Shown here in pieces: positions 22,250 through 36,108 of a stretch of DNA of 64,000 nucleotides. Where the stretch lies: positions 1-64,000 of the forward strand of contig JAAPAO010000099.1 of NCBI GenBank assembly GCA_013115145.1, given 5' to 3'. Within the stretch, counting starts at the first letter, position 1, and every line of letters begins with the position of its first letter. The notes below the pieces were generated by a model. It saw nothing but the letters and a program-made list of their open reading frames with translations. It was not told where the DNA came from and searched no databases. The DNA is from Perkinsus chesapeaki ATCC PRA-425 (lineage: Eukaryota > Protista > Perkinsozoa). The translations under genes and the position numbers were made by a program.

Positions 22250-25200
22250 CTACTAAAATCTCACCCTTCTTTCTTGGGGGAGCTATTCAGAGAAATTAAC
22301 AGTGGAATTTCAGCATCAAACGAATTTCCTGTTCCCTCCATTTTGTTGCGATCCAATCTCTGCGATATGTCCCTCCGGGTCGAACGCTCTCTCTATCCAA
22401 CAACCCTAGAGCTTCCCTATCTGTCCTAATGCCCACAACAACGACTTTACTAACTCAACAACTTCTCAGTGGTACTTACGTATTCAACTATGTAGCACCG
22501 ATACTAAAATGAGTAGCAAGTGTTAGCAATTGATTGATCGGCTCCTAACTGACGGAGCCTGTAATGAGTACAGAAATGTTAAATTCAATGATAATAATAA
22601 TATGAAACTTATATCGACATTGCCCGCATTCTAAACGTCGCAAACGACACTCGATCCTCGTGCCTTTCTCGCAGTTGTTGCTGAACAAAGCACTTCTTGA
22701 GGAATGTTAAACTAGAAATATTACTTGTTTCCAAACCCATTTCCGCATCCGATTGAATTCTGCAACTGACATTGGATCTCGTGGAGGATTGAATGATGAC
22801 TCGCAAGGATGAGTCCGCCGCTCGAGGCCCACTTCTGAAAGGAAAAGGGACAGAGTAATTTTATAAACCGCAAAAACCTAAGTGGTGCGATATAAACACA
22901 TGCTTGTCTAAGGAAGGCAATTTCATGAATGATTCATGATGGGACAACATCGAACATTGATGATGTTGTTCAAAATGGGATTCATGATGAATTCCATTTT
23001 AATCCCGAGGATTGTATAAACAAATACTTATTATATAATTATAAAGATATGTACATCATCCTACCGCAGCTTCGAACTCCATGACTGGAAGACATATTTA
23101 TCTTGACATTGCATACTTTATATATTTTTCTATTGTACGTATATTTCAACTGTTAATCACCTATATTGTATAGTCTCCCCTCTACTATTACTACCATTAA
23201 ATGACACATGATGCTTGCCATGTTCATTTATTCTCTCTCCATTTCTATCATACCGTAACGGCATCAGTAAACTATGTACCCTATCTCGAGTCCTCCTGTT
23301 CTCTTCCAAAGCAAGCTCATCAAATGAACCTTAAAACCAGCAAGATCTTCAACATCCCACTTGAGATTTCTCCTACTTGTCTCGGCAGGGGCTTCACACG
23401 TTCGTTTCAGGATGCTATACACTGGCGTTTTGCACTCATGTGCCACATCTTCAGGCTTTACCACCGACCCATTGGCGCCACGCTTGGGAGGATGCATTGC
23501 AAAGAATCCCGTATGGGGACAGGTTGTGTTGGAAGCTGTCCTGATAGATTATCACATGACCCCTCTCCATGGAATGCCATACAGCAGCAATCGGAAAACA
23601 CCACTACGTGACGTTGTAAAGTTAATAACGCAATCGAAGGGACCGATTAAATCTTAATGAAGTCGATACTCGACACTGATTGAGAATAATAAACCGCTTA
23701 TTATAATATTGAGACCTTTCAGACATTTACATAATCATTAATAATATATCGGCTGTATTGAACGCATACAACTGCAACAATTGTATTCTAATTTGACGGA
23801 TTCAGTGAAAGCTCCTAGCCGAGAAGAAAAGACAGGCCTACAACTTCTAGGCTTCAAGTTTCGGCCCGGACTTGACATCTGATCGGTATCATATCCATCA
23901 CTGCCAGCGAAACCGAGTACTGCTACTTTCCCTTTATAAATATCAAATCGTCTTTCCCTCCCTTCCCCCGTTTCCGTCGCTCCACCGTATTTCGACGCTC
24001 TAATTTTTAGATTCTCTTTCCCCTAGTACTTCTTCGGGCTCTTTTCTCCAGCACTTGCCGGCAGTCCACGATGGGGCAACCCAGCATGTCGATGATGACC
24101 CCCGCCCGCACTCCCTGGACCTCCAGGCTGCTCCTGAGACACCACCTTTATAGATTACTGTTTCAAAGCTTTGAATAAAGAACAGGTTACTTTGAACAGA
24201 TCTCTCACATATCACCAATCAACAAAACAGCATGTACTTGATAAACAGCGAACATTCGGGTTGGCATATCCACAGCGACTGTCGGACAGATTCCTTTTTT
24301 AAGGTTTCCTTCTCCCTTAAAACTTTATTAACATAATCATATCCTGCAGCCTATTCGAGCATTGGCTATATTAAGGGGTTGTTATACTATATTCTTATAA
24401 GTCATTATTTACTTCATTATCACACTTATTTATTAAACATTTTATAACTCCATTCAAGAAGATCCAAAAACACCCGACACCTTCTCTAGAATTGTCCGCG
24501 CCTCCCCAACTACCTGCACAGCATCGTCATCTAATGACAACGATATCCCTTTCTCTCTAACTTTGGGTCTGGCTCCTACAAGCAGGGATACCACATACTA
24601 CAAAGCAAGAATTGTAGCTAAAGTGGGTGCATAGTCGCAAGTACGGATTGTCTCTCCAAGGAAGAATCAACCACTCGCCGCTCTTCTCAGTAGTACGCTT
24701 ATGACAAGCATTATCTCCCGAGACATGGAGATTCTTATATTGATAAAAAAGAGGAACGGCCAAAGAGGATGTATTATCAACATGCCTACTGTACTTGCCC
24801 GAGCCTCTCTTTAAAGACATTGAAGATAATTTTGCTACAGTAGTTTCCGAAAAACCGTATCTGTTCTTTACAGGGACATCCCCTCCTTTTTCACTACGTC
24901 CTGTCTCTTCATTCCCTTTGCGCCTATCCCTTTCAATTAGGAGTCTAAGTCCCCTCGAACATGCTCCACAGCAATTCTCAATCGGTGTACTAGACGACAA
25001 TCGCCTTCGAGATGGTGACAGCGGCATTGGTGTCATCGCATATGATAACATTAAAAACACAATCCTGAAATTAGTGGTTCGATCGTCTACATGCGAGGAA
25101 TTTTTCACCCGATAGTAGCAATACTATTATCACCATTTTCACATGATAGCCGACACGTAGCTCAGAAGCAGGATTATTGCAGTAGTTCCTTACGAGACGA

Positions 25201-25420
25201 GGATGAATAATATTCCGACTTTCGGGAACCTGTACGTCGAGGGGAGCTCCAAAAACGATGCTCTGATCGTTACTATGTAGCCTTTTGATTATTATCAACC
25301 AGGTGAGTGGCGCTAGAACGAACCAATGTCCAGGATGAATCTCATCAATAGCTTGCTTGAGAAGGATATTTACTATCAACATTATCACAATATTAAGCAC
25401 ATTGCATCCTCCTTTTCCTG
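22250..25420 (-). CDS. One or more hypothetical multi-exon genes
   Basis: Several exon-like peptides (DPMSVAEFNRMRKWVWKQ; DVAHECKTPVYSILKR; LEVQGVRAGVIIDMLGCPIVDCRQ); no family recognised. Confidence 0.3.
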
Positions 25421-25710
25421 CCCGACACTCTTAATGTTATTACTCATTCAGCCCCCTCGCACTCCCTCCTACGCCCCTAGCATGAATGTTCCTACACCAA
25501 CAACCACATTACTACTAGTAACTCCTGAAGCCCTCGCGTAAATATAACAGTTCTAGCTGAGGAATGCATTCACTAAAAACTCGGCAAACCGTTGATAAAA
25601 TACCGAAACGATTGCAAGCATGCTCAAAAACTGAATAATCAACATGGATCCAGCTGAATAAGAAGAATAATAATTTAAAACTGACCCAGCAAACGATGTT
25701 ACCGCCGCGC

Positions 25711-28700
25711 TCATGCGTTGCAAGCTGTTATGAGCCCACTCGCAACAGTCTTGCCGCCTTCTCGAAGGGCAAAACGCAAACCTAGGGGGAATCATTCAGA
25801 GAAATGCAGAGACGTATAGGACTTACCAACTTCAACGGCTTGAGGTCTGTCTAACTTCAGTGTAGCTTTGATGCTATCACCTAGAAAAATAATAATAATG
25901 GTGAAATAAAACACCCATGCCAGCAGCGCATGTGATATTGTACCATCTATAGTGGACATTTTATATCAACAAAAAACTTACTCCATCAAAAAGTTCTTCC
26001 TTACTTTATCAATGCTAATTACTAGTATTGATAAATACGCTAATTCATGCCCCTATACGAATGAGATGCGTTCCCTATGTACAGTCCTACGGTATAGTGT
26101 ATGGGTTATATTGCGACCTTCTAGCTGTAATCTAGATCTGGTGAATCGACAATAAACACTCTGAAAAGTGGTACAGGTCCCAAACTTACCAGGCATAGCC
26201 ATGTCTATCCCATCAGGCAATATAATCCTACATGAGCAATCACCAGTTCTGATGTAGGCTTGGGGACGATACTCACTATGGAAGGGGTTCTTACGTCCAC
26301 CTAAATGTGTTGGTAAGAATGAAGCCCCCCAGTCTTAGCACATTGGTTACAACGGAGGTGTGTTCAGCAAGCAAATGGTAGGGAGCTACTAAAAAAGTAC
26401 CACGCTAATCAGACTTGTCGTTTCCATCATCATCAACAAGGGCGAGAGGGATTTCCGCTCCCCTATCGAAGATGAGCAAGCTTATCAAAACCGCTCATTG
26501 TCACGTGAAGTCGATGGCATTCGTGCACACGGTAAAATTGTGTATCATTATCTGCACAGGTGAGCCGATGGTAATGGTTCCTACCCTCATCCTCCTTCAA
26601 TACATACAAATCTGTCTCGAACTCTGTATAGGTCTTAGCAGCACCGGGCTTGGTTAGTACCATACCGCGACGGATCTAATAAAGGGATCCCATTAAATTA
26701 AGTAATATACAACTCAACGAGATTATCCTAGTTAAGAAGGGCACACGAAAAGAAAAGCTTTGAGAAGATGATTTCCTGAAAAAGAGCTGAAAAAATATTT
26801 TTTTGTGAATAATATATTAAAATAGTTGATAATATATTAAAATAGTTGATAATATATTAAAATAGTTGATAATATATTGAAACAGTTGATAATATATTAA
26901 AATAGTTGATAATATATTAAAATAGTTGATAATATATGAAAACAGTTGATAATATANNNNNNNNNNNNNNNNNNNNNNNNNNNNNNNNNNNNNNNNNNNN
27001 NNNNNNNNNNNNNNNNNNNNNNNNNNNNNNNNNNNNNNNNNNNNNNNNNNNNNNNNTAATATATTAAAATAGTTGATAATATATGAAAACAGTTGATAAT
27101 ATATTAAAATAGTTGATAATATATTAAAACAGTTGATAATATATTGAAATTGATGATACTGCTAATAGCCCCTCACAACTGCCACTTGTTAATACTATAT
27201 ACGCTTACCTGATTCTTCTTCACCCCCTTGAGCATCACCCCACACTGATCACCCGCCATGCCTTGATCAAGAGTCTTATGGAACATCTCAACACCCATAC
27301 ACTGCGACTTGAACTTCTCTTTACCCTATCAATAGAACACCAACATAAAGGAATAACAGCAGACATAACTCAGCAGCAGGTTACAAAGCCAATATCGATT
27401 CTACTATATCACCAATGGAAAAGAGGGATTAATCTAGCGTCACTAAATGTGTTCATCGAGATTTGGAAAACGAAATGGGATAATGCGAAGTCTTGCGACT
27501 ACGATATAGTACAGCATATTTCCGTAACTTATTGCTGTACAATTTTTCCCTCTGTTATTAGTACATAAAAAGACGTTTCCATTTTGCAAGTAACCGAAAG
27601 GTCTGCTTTGCTATAAATCAGTCTTACCTGACCAACAATCTCCAGCGGGTCCCCGACTTTCACCAAGCCCTGCTCAATCCGGCCAGTGACAACATAGCCT
27701 GATCGCTAAAATCATCGAGCCACAGTGAATCACAGCCCACCTTTTCCTTGAATATTAACCACCGTTTCGATAGGCAGCAAAAACGGTTTGTCTTGAAGTC
27801 GGGCTAATAACATCAATACGTCATAGATGACCTAACACTTGTCTACGTGGCTCTGGAATGTATTCATCAACCGCATCCATCAGCTTCAAGATGGCCTCTT
27901 TACCGTACTCGCCCTCCTCACCACGAAGGGCCTTCAATGCCGAGCCCTTCACAAAGGGGGTCTCCTCACCTAGAACGCAAGATATAATATATATCGGACC
28001 TAGTATCCATATAGAAATATCCATACTCGACATTTATTTAAACACGCAAGCGATTGAGAAATCAATCTAGGTATACAATCTACCATCACGGGGATGCTTT
28101 GTCCCTAACACGGAGACACAATGAAATGTTCTTTAGGAAAAATATGTTTCTATACCAAAAGTAAACATCATTCCTCCTGTGAGCTTGTGATGCTCTTTAT
28201 TACTCGCTTACCTGGGTATTTATAGAACTCCAGCAGCTCTCGGACCTCCAGCTCAACGAGCTCAACCAACTCGGGATCGTCGACTTGGTCCATTTTATTC
28301 AGGAATACGACAAGTCTAAACAGGTTGAAAGAACGACTCGGGAAATTCCGATTCGAGAACTAAGAATTTCGTGAAGAGACAGGAACTTTTCAAGATGTAT
28401 AGTAACAAAAATAAAGCAAATAATAGTATCCCCCGAGAGGATCGAAACTAACATGACCGGCTAAAAACAACTAAAACGCATAAAACTCGAGTTGAAATGT
28501 GACCAGAGTCTTTCGAGTTCGGAATGCAGTAAGAAGAGTAAGATTGAAATGTAAAATGTGCCCGATAGACTGAAGAACTCTCGACTGGAGTGCACTTCAT
28601 AAATCCAAACGACCTTACCTCGGCACCCCAATTTGCTTAGCAAGTAGTATATGTTCCCTCGTCTGAGGCATTGGCCCGTCAAATGCCGATACCACCAGAA

Positions 28701-29727
28701 TGGCTGGAGTCGAGCTTTACTAGACAGATATGATAATCATAGCTCACCTCCATCAACTTGGGCCGCACCAGTAATCATATTTTTAACATAATCTGCGTGG
28801 CCAGGGCAATCAACGTGACCGTAGTGACGCTTTTCGGTCGAATATTCAACGTGGGTCTGGTTGATGGTGATACCTGCGGACATACGCCTTATTAGAGGAA
28901 AATACGGGGGAAATTCGGTATAAAAAATTACGTCGCATTGAGAAAGGCGTTACTAGCTTGAATGTTGTAAACGAGTAAGGATATGAGCTTGAGGGCTCGA
29001 AAAGACCCTCCGAAAGAGAGAGAAAAAATGACGATAAACTGAGGGTGTATTTGAGCGAAGGCAAGGCATACCTCGTCTCTTCTCCTCAGGTGCTCTATCA
29101 ATAGCTTCATAGGTCTGGAAATCTGCCAGACCTTTGTCACTGAGGATCTTGGTGATCGCTGCTGTGAGGGTCGTTTTACCATGATCAACGTGACCTGAGG
29201 AAGTCAATGATAAACAATTAAATGTACGTTACTATAGGAAACCCGCACTATGGACAATTGAGAATGCACAAGCCCGAAGGTTTATATACAAAAAGGGATT
29301 ATAATCCATTATTGTATTAGTTGATGATATAATACTTATATACCATACGAGGAATAATATGTACCCATCAAACCTATCACGATAAATTCATGCGCTCTTC
29401 ATTATCATTACAAAGTAGTTAATAGTTAATACTAGCGCTAATAAGGAAATATATAATAACTCCGCTCCTACTTTATATGGAGCGGAAAGAAGGAGGGCAC
29501 GAAGTTTTCCAAGAAATAAAGCGACGGAACTTGCGAAAATAAATAGATTCCGGCGAAAGTATCGATGCATTGTACAACTTACCAATAGTGCCCAAATTCA
29601 AATGAGGCTTTGTTCTTACAAACTTGCCGGTTGCAAAGCCCCTCAGCGATATAAGCGCCGCTGTACTTAGACGGGAGGATAATGATCGATTGACGATGCT
29701 AGGGGAGCAGTAGGTAGCAGCAAACAT
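25711..29727 (-). CDS. TUFM: Mitochondrial elongation factor Tu, many introns
   Basis: [87 protein letters not shown]; the N-terminus resembles a presequence. Confidence 0.96.
26809..27148. repeat. AT-rich 20-bp minisatellite (AATAGTTGATAATATATTAA) in an EF-Tu intron, spanning a 100-N assembly gap
   Basis: Tandem copies on both sides of the Ns at 26957-27056. Confidence 0.92.
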
Positions 29728-30536
29728 TAGTAAAATACTAAAAGGAATTTTAACGAAAATAATATGCTACAAAAGTACTGTATGAAAGCACAGGGTACTA
29801 TTAAATCACTAAACACAAAGTAGCTCCTGATTTACTGTATACTGTATTCAGTAATACCCATAGTATTAAGGTTTAAGAGGTCATTTAGCCTTGACGGAAG
29901 GACCAAAGCGATGTGATCAGGTCTTAAATAATACCATTTATTCCTTTACGAAAAAGGCAACGTTGCCCAAAGACTTAGCCATTTCCTTAGCAGTCTATAT
30001 TATGCTCTAAGAATGCTACCTGCGATCCTAACCTCCCTCGAATGCACGTCCCTGCTGTTGCGTTGTTCAACGACGTAATCGATTAGAATGGCGAGCGCTA
30101 CTTACAATGCGCACGTCCAGTACTGTAGTGGCATACATGACTTTAGACAAGGCATTGACAGAGCTGGCCAGGTGTATTTGTGATGATAGTGATGGGAGCC
30201 TATTGGGACGGATTAGGGCTGCTAATGCTGAGCTTATAGTAATATAACGGACTTTCACTTATTGACAAACAGTTTAGTCTCCTCAGCAGCTTTTGCCGTT
30301 TTTTGTGGCTTGACGTACTTGGTATTGAATAGGCCGAGTGCTAATCATCAATCTAAATTTTTTCTCCTTCCAGTGGGACACTATGCAAGTATACTTCTAA
30401 CCCGGTAAACTTCCGGCTTCAATCGATTGTAAAATTCGTATATTTCAAATAATGTCAAAATGAATAGATTTTCATTAAATTAAGAATAGTGTTACTTTTG
30501 TTTCGTAATGGATTATACTTTTGTTATTTTTCAGAA

Positions 30537-33500
30537 GACACAGTGTGTAATTGAAGAACTCAGTAAACTGCGCTGGGCTGTCCAACAAGAGGAAAAGAAG
30601 AGGGAAAAGGAGGCTGCAAAAATCCAGCTCTCTCAACCGATTGAAATTATCACTCCAAAAGAGCGAAAGCCTTTGGCGCCCGAGATCCTAGACCCGGTGG
30701 AAGCTATGTTGAAGAAGGCTCGTGAAGCTCTAATGGCTGAGCGAATGGAACGGAAAATTGACAGGTGTGTACGGATGATGAATGTATGTAATGGAGTGAG
30801 GGGGAGAGGGCCGTATCTCAATAGTTTCCAGAGGTTTTGCTCTCACGGCTTTTGATTCAGAAGTTTCTTTTCAATTTTACGCTCCTTGTATATATCAGTA
30901 CATTTGATCATGTCGGCTATTGAATTGCTTAACATTTTTAGACATTCGTATACTGTACATTTTAAGTTCACAAACAATCCAATCTCGAATATCCTGTTGT
31001 ACTACGTAAGTCTTCACTGCATTAGGCGAGGGAATTAATGACAGGCATTCCTGGTCATGTATCGCCTAGACTGGATTGTTGCCAGCGTACCGTTTTATGA
31101 CTAAAAGCTTGCTTTTAGACCTTCATATAAGCGACCGACTCCTCGATCTAGTAAGGATAATGAGACCGGGGGGACAGACAAGAGTACTAAGACGGGGAAC
31201 AGGACGGATAATAAAATGATGGGGAAACTCGAGAGTGATGTGACAAGTAATCTCAAATGCGCTGATAGGGAGTTTTCAGAGTCATCGTCTTCGACTAACA
31301 GCGTGGATAGTGGGAGATGTAAAGTGGATGGATCCCAGAATCCTGGTGATGGCAGGAACGAGGAGGTAGTATGTAATAGGGGGCTTAGTGGTTATTGGGA
31401 TTGAACGGTATGTAGTCAATAGAATACTGATGTAGTCATCTGTTCAAATGATCACAATCCTAGCAGCTAGATATTCTTCAGATGAGCTTTATATGTTGGT
31501 TCGAGAGTCAACTTCTCTTCTGCTCGGCTGCTCAGCAACTATGCATAGTTCGAGTTTTCACGGCATAATTTATGCTTCAGAAACTATGCCATAACGTTCG
31601 ATCTCATTCGCAATGTCTGCATCGCTGTCTTTTTGTAAACCGCCCAAGTTTGGGAAGCAGTGAGCAGTTTGCATAATGAGGCACCGCTCGGAGGTTCAGA
31701 ATTGGGATGCTACGAGTGGGATTGTTGTAAACGCCGAGATAAATTTCGGCTGAGCTATATAACTAGCTCCCGATTGTAGTAATTCCGAGGCCGGGCGTTT
31801 CTGACGCAAAGTGCCCTGATTTGAATGGGGGGGATGTTTCATGGGACGATACGATGCTTGTTCTAGAATTTGAGTGTGTCCGAGAAGGTAATTTTAAGAG
31901 AGAGTACGACGCTATTGAGGCATGTTTGGAAGTGAATAGAGATCGCTGTTAGCGACCTCCGAAAATGACAAGTTGATAGCTGAGATGTCAGAAAAGGCTA
32001 TTACTGGAAAAATATGCCTCATCCCGTGCGGATCCGATCCGCCGGATCGCTGCTCACTACTCGAGTATCTCGTCGCGCAATTCGTTTGTGGCTCACGAGA
32101 GACGCGATGTCATTGCTGACAGTGCAAGCTTCGCCTAGAAATTTCGAGATCTACGTAACTTTCACCACTATCTTCATTGGATACTTGGCGAATGAAGCTA
32201 TGATGCAAAAGGGTTAGAGGCTGGCTGAACAAAAGTCTGTTAGTGTCGATGTTTCTATCCATAATCGGCAGCTAGTAAAGGTGTTGAACGTTTTCTGAGG
32301 GTTAACGTAAGATATGGTATGATTGGCGGAGATGTTTATTATGCCTTTATGAGAGATACGAATATTTATAGGAGACTTTTTATGAGGCCACGAAAAAACA
32401 CTTTCGGCCCTACTGATGAATTGCATGCTCGAGAAAGCATTGATTGGGTATTGCACTGTACAGTAGACGTGCATGTTCTAGAGCATTCTCTCCGTGAAGG
32501 AACTTTTTTTACGTCTTGAGTTGGTCTCTCTGTGTTTCGACAAATATACAGTCTGACTGTGCAGACTATATCTCTACACTCGATGTGTGAAACTCAACTC
32601 TTGGCTCCGCTCTTCAAATTCCGCGTAGTGTACCAGTTAAGTATACTTGTTCTCTAACTGACTTTTCTACGCATTTGAAAATGAGATTTTCATTCTTTAT
32701 GGTAGGCGATCATAAAGGCATCAATGGCATCCTTCGTAGACGATAACAGAAGTCGCATCTCCAGGTTTCGACGTGATGTTTCCACAGCACGTCGGCGAGC
32801 CTTTGGGGAAGTTGCTGTGTCAGGTAGGAAATACCATTACTTAATCGTTCCCTTATTAGCGATATGATTCATTCCTAAGAAGTTATGCTAGGTTTATTCG
32901 AGCATTCGGTGCCTGAGTGGGAGGAAGATAGATTCCGAGCAGAATTGTTGCGAATGGCCTTACCTGTTCTGCAGCAGTTGAAGAGTGAAATAGACATGCA
33001 GAGTGGAAGCGAGGTATAATCGACAATTGAATGGCTAATAGCCTTCTAGCTCCATCTGTCTCCCAAATCAGTATGCAGTGAACACACTTGTGACGGGTTA
33101 ATAGGACCTAGTTTTACTTCTCGGATCTTTCAAATTCTAACGAACATTGTTTAGAATTCCGAGCAGAGTAGTTTTCTGCACTTTGCCCAATTTAGGCGCT
33201 CCCCTCTATGATGCCATGCAATGTAATTTCCAAGCACACTCCTGGGGTCCCTAAAAATGTGCTGCGTAATTTTCTTACGTGACTGCGTAATCGTAAAACT
33301 GTTATTATAAGGATATTTGTGCAACATTTGCTCAGCTTTCATCTTTCAGATGTATAACTCAAATTTTCAATATCCACGCATTAGGTTAGCCCTTCTACCT
33401 TGGAGGAGTGGTCGAAGATCCTGAGTTGCATGTGGTATGTTCGATACAGGAAGCGACTGTCTGTCTGGCTGCCTAGTGAGGGTAGGAAAATGGATATGTC

Positions 33501-33590
33501 AAGTTGGAAACCTACCTTCCAGATTCTGGTGAAGCAAACTGCATGGATGATGATGATAGCGAATTAGCCTCTTTTTCTGGAGGATAGATT
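30537..33590 (+). CDS. Hypothetical multi-exon protein
   Basis: Exon-like peptides EELSKLRWAVQQEEKKREKE..., GGDVYYAFMRDTNIYRRLFMRP..., FEHSVPEWEEDRFRAELLRM..., LEEWSKILSCMWYVRYRKRL; GT-AG borders. Confidence 0.45.
32028..32049. other. Excision footprint, perfect (W=GCGGATCG)
   Basis: gcggatc cgatccgc cggatcg. Confidence 0.85.
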
Positions 33591-33670
33591 GCAAGAGCAT
33601 TGTGTTGGTTAATTAAATGTGGGGCAGGTGACATGGTTGACACATTGATACTTAATAGTTACTCTGTGCG

Positions 33671-33692
33671 GCTAGTAGTACTAGCCTAGTAC
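33671..33692. other. Excision footprint, perfect (W=GCTAGTAC)
   Basis: gctagta gtactagc ctagtac. Confidence 0.85.
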
Positions 33693-33967
33693 TTTTTCCC
33701 CTTTATTTGTGAGGACTAGCTTAAGTCGAGTTGATTAGAAAAAGTTGGATTTCAAATCCTGAAGGGGAGTCACTTCAGTTTCAGACGATAAATTCTAGTC
33801 GAGATTTCTTCTAACCATCAAAGAATGAGGATATCGAATTTTCTAAAGAGAAGCATTGCATCTTCCTTCGCTCTTCGCCTCCGCGCTGGAATCCAGTCCA
33901 TCGAGAGCTAGCTCGAACTCGCTGGCCGAATAAAGAAGTCCCATTTGTTGTCACAGTCTTCCTTCAC

Positions 33968-34366
33968 ATGGCTGCTAGGCAAAATAATCGTCGCAAAAAG
34001 CGAGGAGAATATAAAACCCATTCTACCTCGGTGAGAGCAGAAATAGTAGAGGCCGCCTTAGAGGGGAAGGGGCTGGCTGAAGGAGAAACCTGGCGAGACC
34101 GAGCAAGACAGCTGGGGGTCAATGTTAGCACCGCGCGAGCGTGGGTGAAGAGCGGCCGGGTAGCCCCGCTCCCGAAAGGGGGACGGTTGGCTGACCCGAA
34201 GAGGAAACTATCCGATACACACGGGGACTTCATTTATACACTTCTACAGGAGCGACCTACAACTCCATTGACAACTGTGAAGAAACTGTTGAAGGAGAGA
34301 TTCGGGATTGAGATTGATCCCACTAATATATCTCGATACGTTAAGAGACAGGATAGATTCACCGAG
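33968..34366 (+). CDS. IS630/Tc1-mariner-type HTH plus winged-HTH DNA-binding protein (first exon); no DDE domain seen
   Basis: RARQLGVNVSTARAWVK...PKGGR...KL...ERPTTPLTTVKKLLKERFGIEIDPTNISRYVKR, ending at a GTGAG donor. Confidence 0.65.
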
Positions 34367-35654
34367 GTGAGTCTCTGCGCCAGAATAACGGATTTACCGT
34401 TATAACCTGGCTAGTAGTATGGACGACTATTCTGCTCACACGGTGGTCTCTCATACCGTCTAATCAAAACGTTATGTGCTTCTACTTCCGATGGCCCTCG
34501 TATGAGTAGAGCTCTACTATTATTATATTTTTACATCGGACGACATAGCTTCTTTTGGTACTTGGTCGGTTTATTGCCTTCAGATCCTCAAGGTACGTCA
34601 ACTTCGGCCGAAGCGCCAAGCCGCCATCGAGAGTCAGCCTGTGGAGCCGCCACCACCAGTACAATTGTCGCTGGGATTCACTGCTGTTCGCTCGCTTTAG
34701 GAACGATGAGCCGCTTTCTGATTCTAATAGATTCTCATCGCGTTTCCTCCTGTGTGTCGCCTTGTATTCAGGCACTTCGTTACACTAGCGGCACTCGACT
34801 AACAGATGAGCTTCTCCGATCGGGGCCGATACAGTCCTTTGGAAGGTTTGACCAATTACCGATGATATCCAGACGACCGACTAGTAGCACTGAGCAGTAC
34901 ATTATGCCAAGGTTTAGGAAGAGCAGTCGATTGCTTAAATGAACATATGTGAGTTTCCTCAATCTATTACAATACACTCGCTGTTTGCCAAATGCTGCTG
35001 GTCTCATACTACTATTACATAACAGTGATTCCTCCAACGTGTCACCAGACGAACAAAACTGAAATAATCTTACCTGCGCAACTAAAGTGAAGTAGCGCAC
35101 AAACTGTATTAGATCGGGGAACTGAACGAGGAAGTTTAACTCTTGGAATTAACTGATACAGGTCTATGCCTAAATGAGGCAGCCTCCTAGCCATGGAATG
35201 TGACTCTTATCAGTTACGCGTCACTGAGGAGCCTTCCGGAAGATAACCCAAGAAGTGCTGCCTCTCGAAAAGTAGCTTCAGTTGTATCCCCACTGGCAGA
35301 TGCAGACGTAGTTGTAGACGATGCACGGTTAATCAGCTGGACGCAACCTTAGAAAGCGAGGGCCCAGAAGGTACGTAAAAGTATGTGCGCAGCTGCTCCA
35401 TAGCAATGAGTTCAGGCTAGAGCTCTCCTAGTCGCTTCCACCGCGAAACGGCCAAGGTTCGGCAATGTCGGCGAAAGTCGCTGAGCTGCGATGCTGTAGA
35501 AGAATCGATAATGTTTAAACAACATGCAATACTGTGTAAATGTCTCACATCATCTGGTTGCTTTGGTTTCCACGAAGGGTACATGCTATCGCTGAGAGAC
35601 CATCAGTTCTAGTACAAACGCCGACCGAAAACGAGTGATGGCAACCATTTGTAA

Positions 35655-35726
35655 AGGTTCTATCGGGATTTGAACCCGAGTCGCTGGATTCAAAGTCCAG
35701 AGTGCTAACCACTACACTATAGAACC
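35655..35726 (-). tRNA. trnQ: tRNA-Gln(TTG)
   Basis: GGTTCTATAGTGTAGTGGTTAGCACTCTGGACTTTGAATCCAGCGACTCGGGTTCAAATCCCGATAGAACCT is a complete 72-nt cloverleaf. Confidence 0.97.
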
Positions 35727-35737
35727 AATAGTTATGC

Positions 35738-36108
35738 CCTGGGACTTCTCATGACGGCAACGTACTTTGGTACAATGCCCTCCAGGGAGTCACAGAGCCT
35801 GGCGAGCATTTGGACATTTCAGATTGTTAATGTCACCGGCTTTATTCAAATGTTGCGGTCCAGGCGGCCAGGTATCGAGGCGAGGGCTGCCACCTCTCTC
35901 CAAGGACGGGCGCCGCAACGGGACCCTCTCTTCTGGCGACTCGGTGATGAGCAACATTGCATTCCTCAAAGTGTTGATGTCCATGCTTCAGGATGAGGAT
36001 ATAGAGGACGCCGTAATGCGGCTGAGCTTGGCAACTATACATGGTGGATCGAATTGTGATAATGCAGCAGATGTTCTTGTGAAGCTAGGAGTTTTAGAAG
36101 TGAAGTAA
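35738..36108 (+). pseudogene. Possible Harbinger (DDE_Tnp_4) transposase remnant
   Basis: PGTSHDGNVL resembles the WPGSxHDxxV motif; a GDS motif follows after frameshifts. Confidence 0.4.

Noticed and set aside
25690-25714. ATGA overlap of the EF-Tu stop with a downstream start (operon-like coupling)
   Set aside because: The downstream frame is short and unrecognisable; most likely 3' UTR.
26957-27056. Gap as a biological feature
   Set aside because: It is a 100-N scaffold placeholder within a minisatellite.
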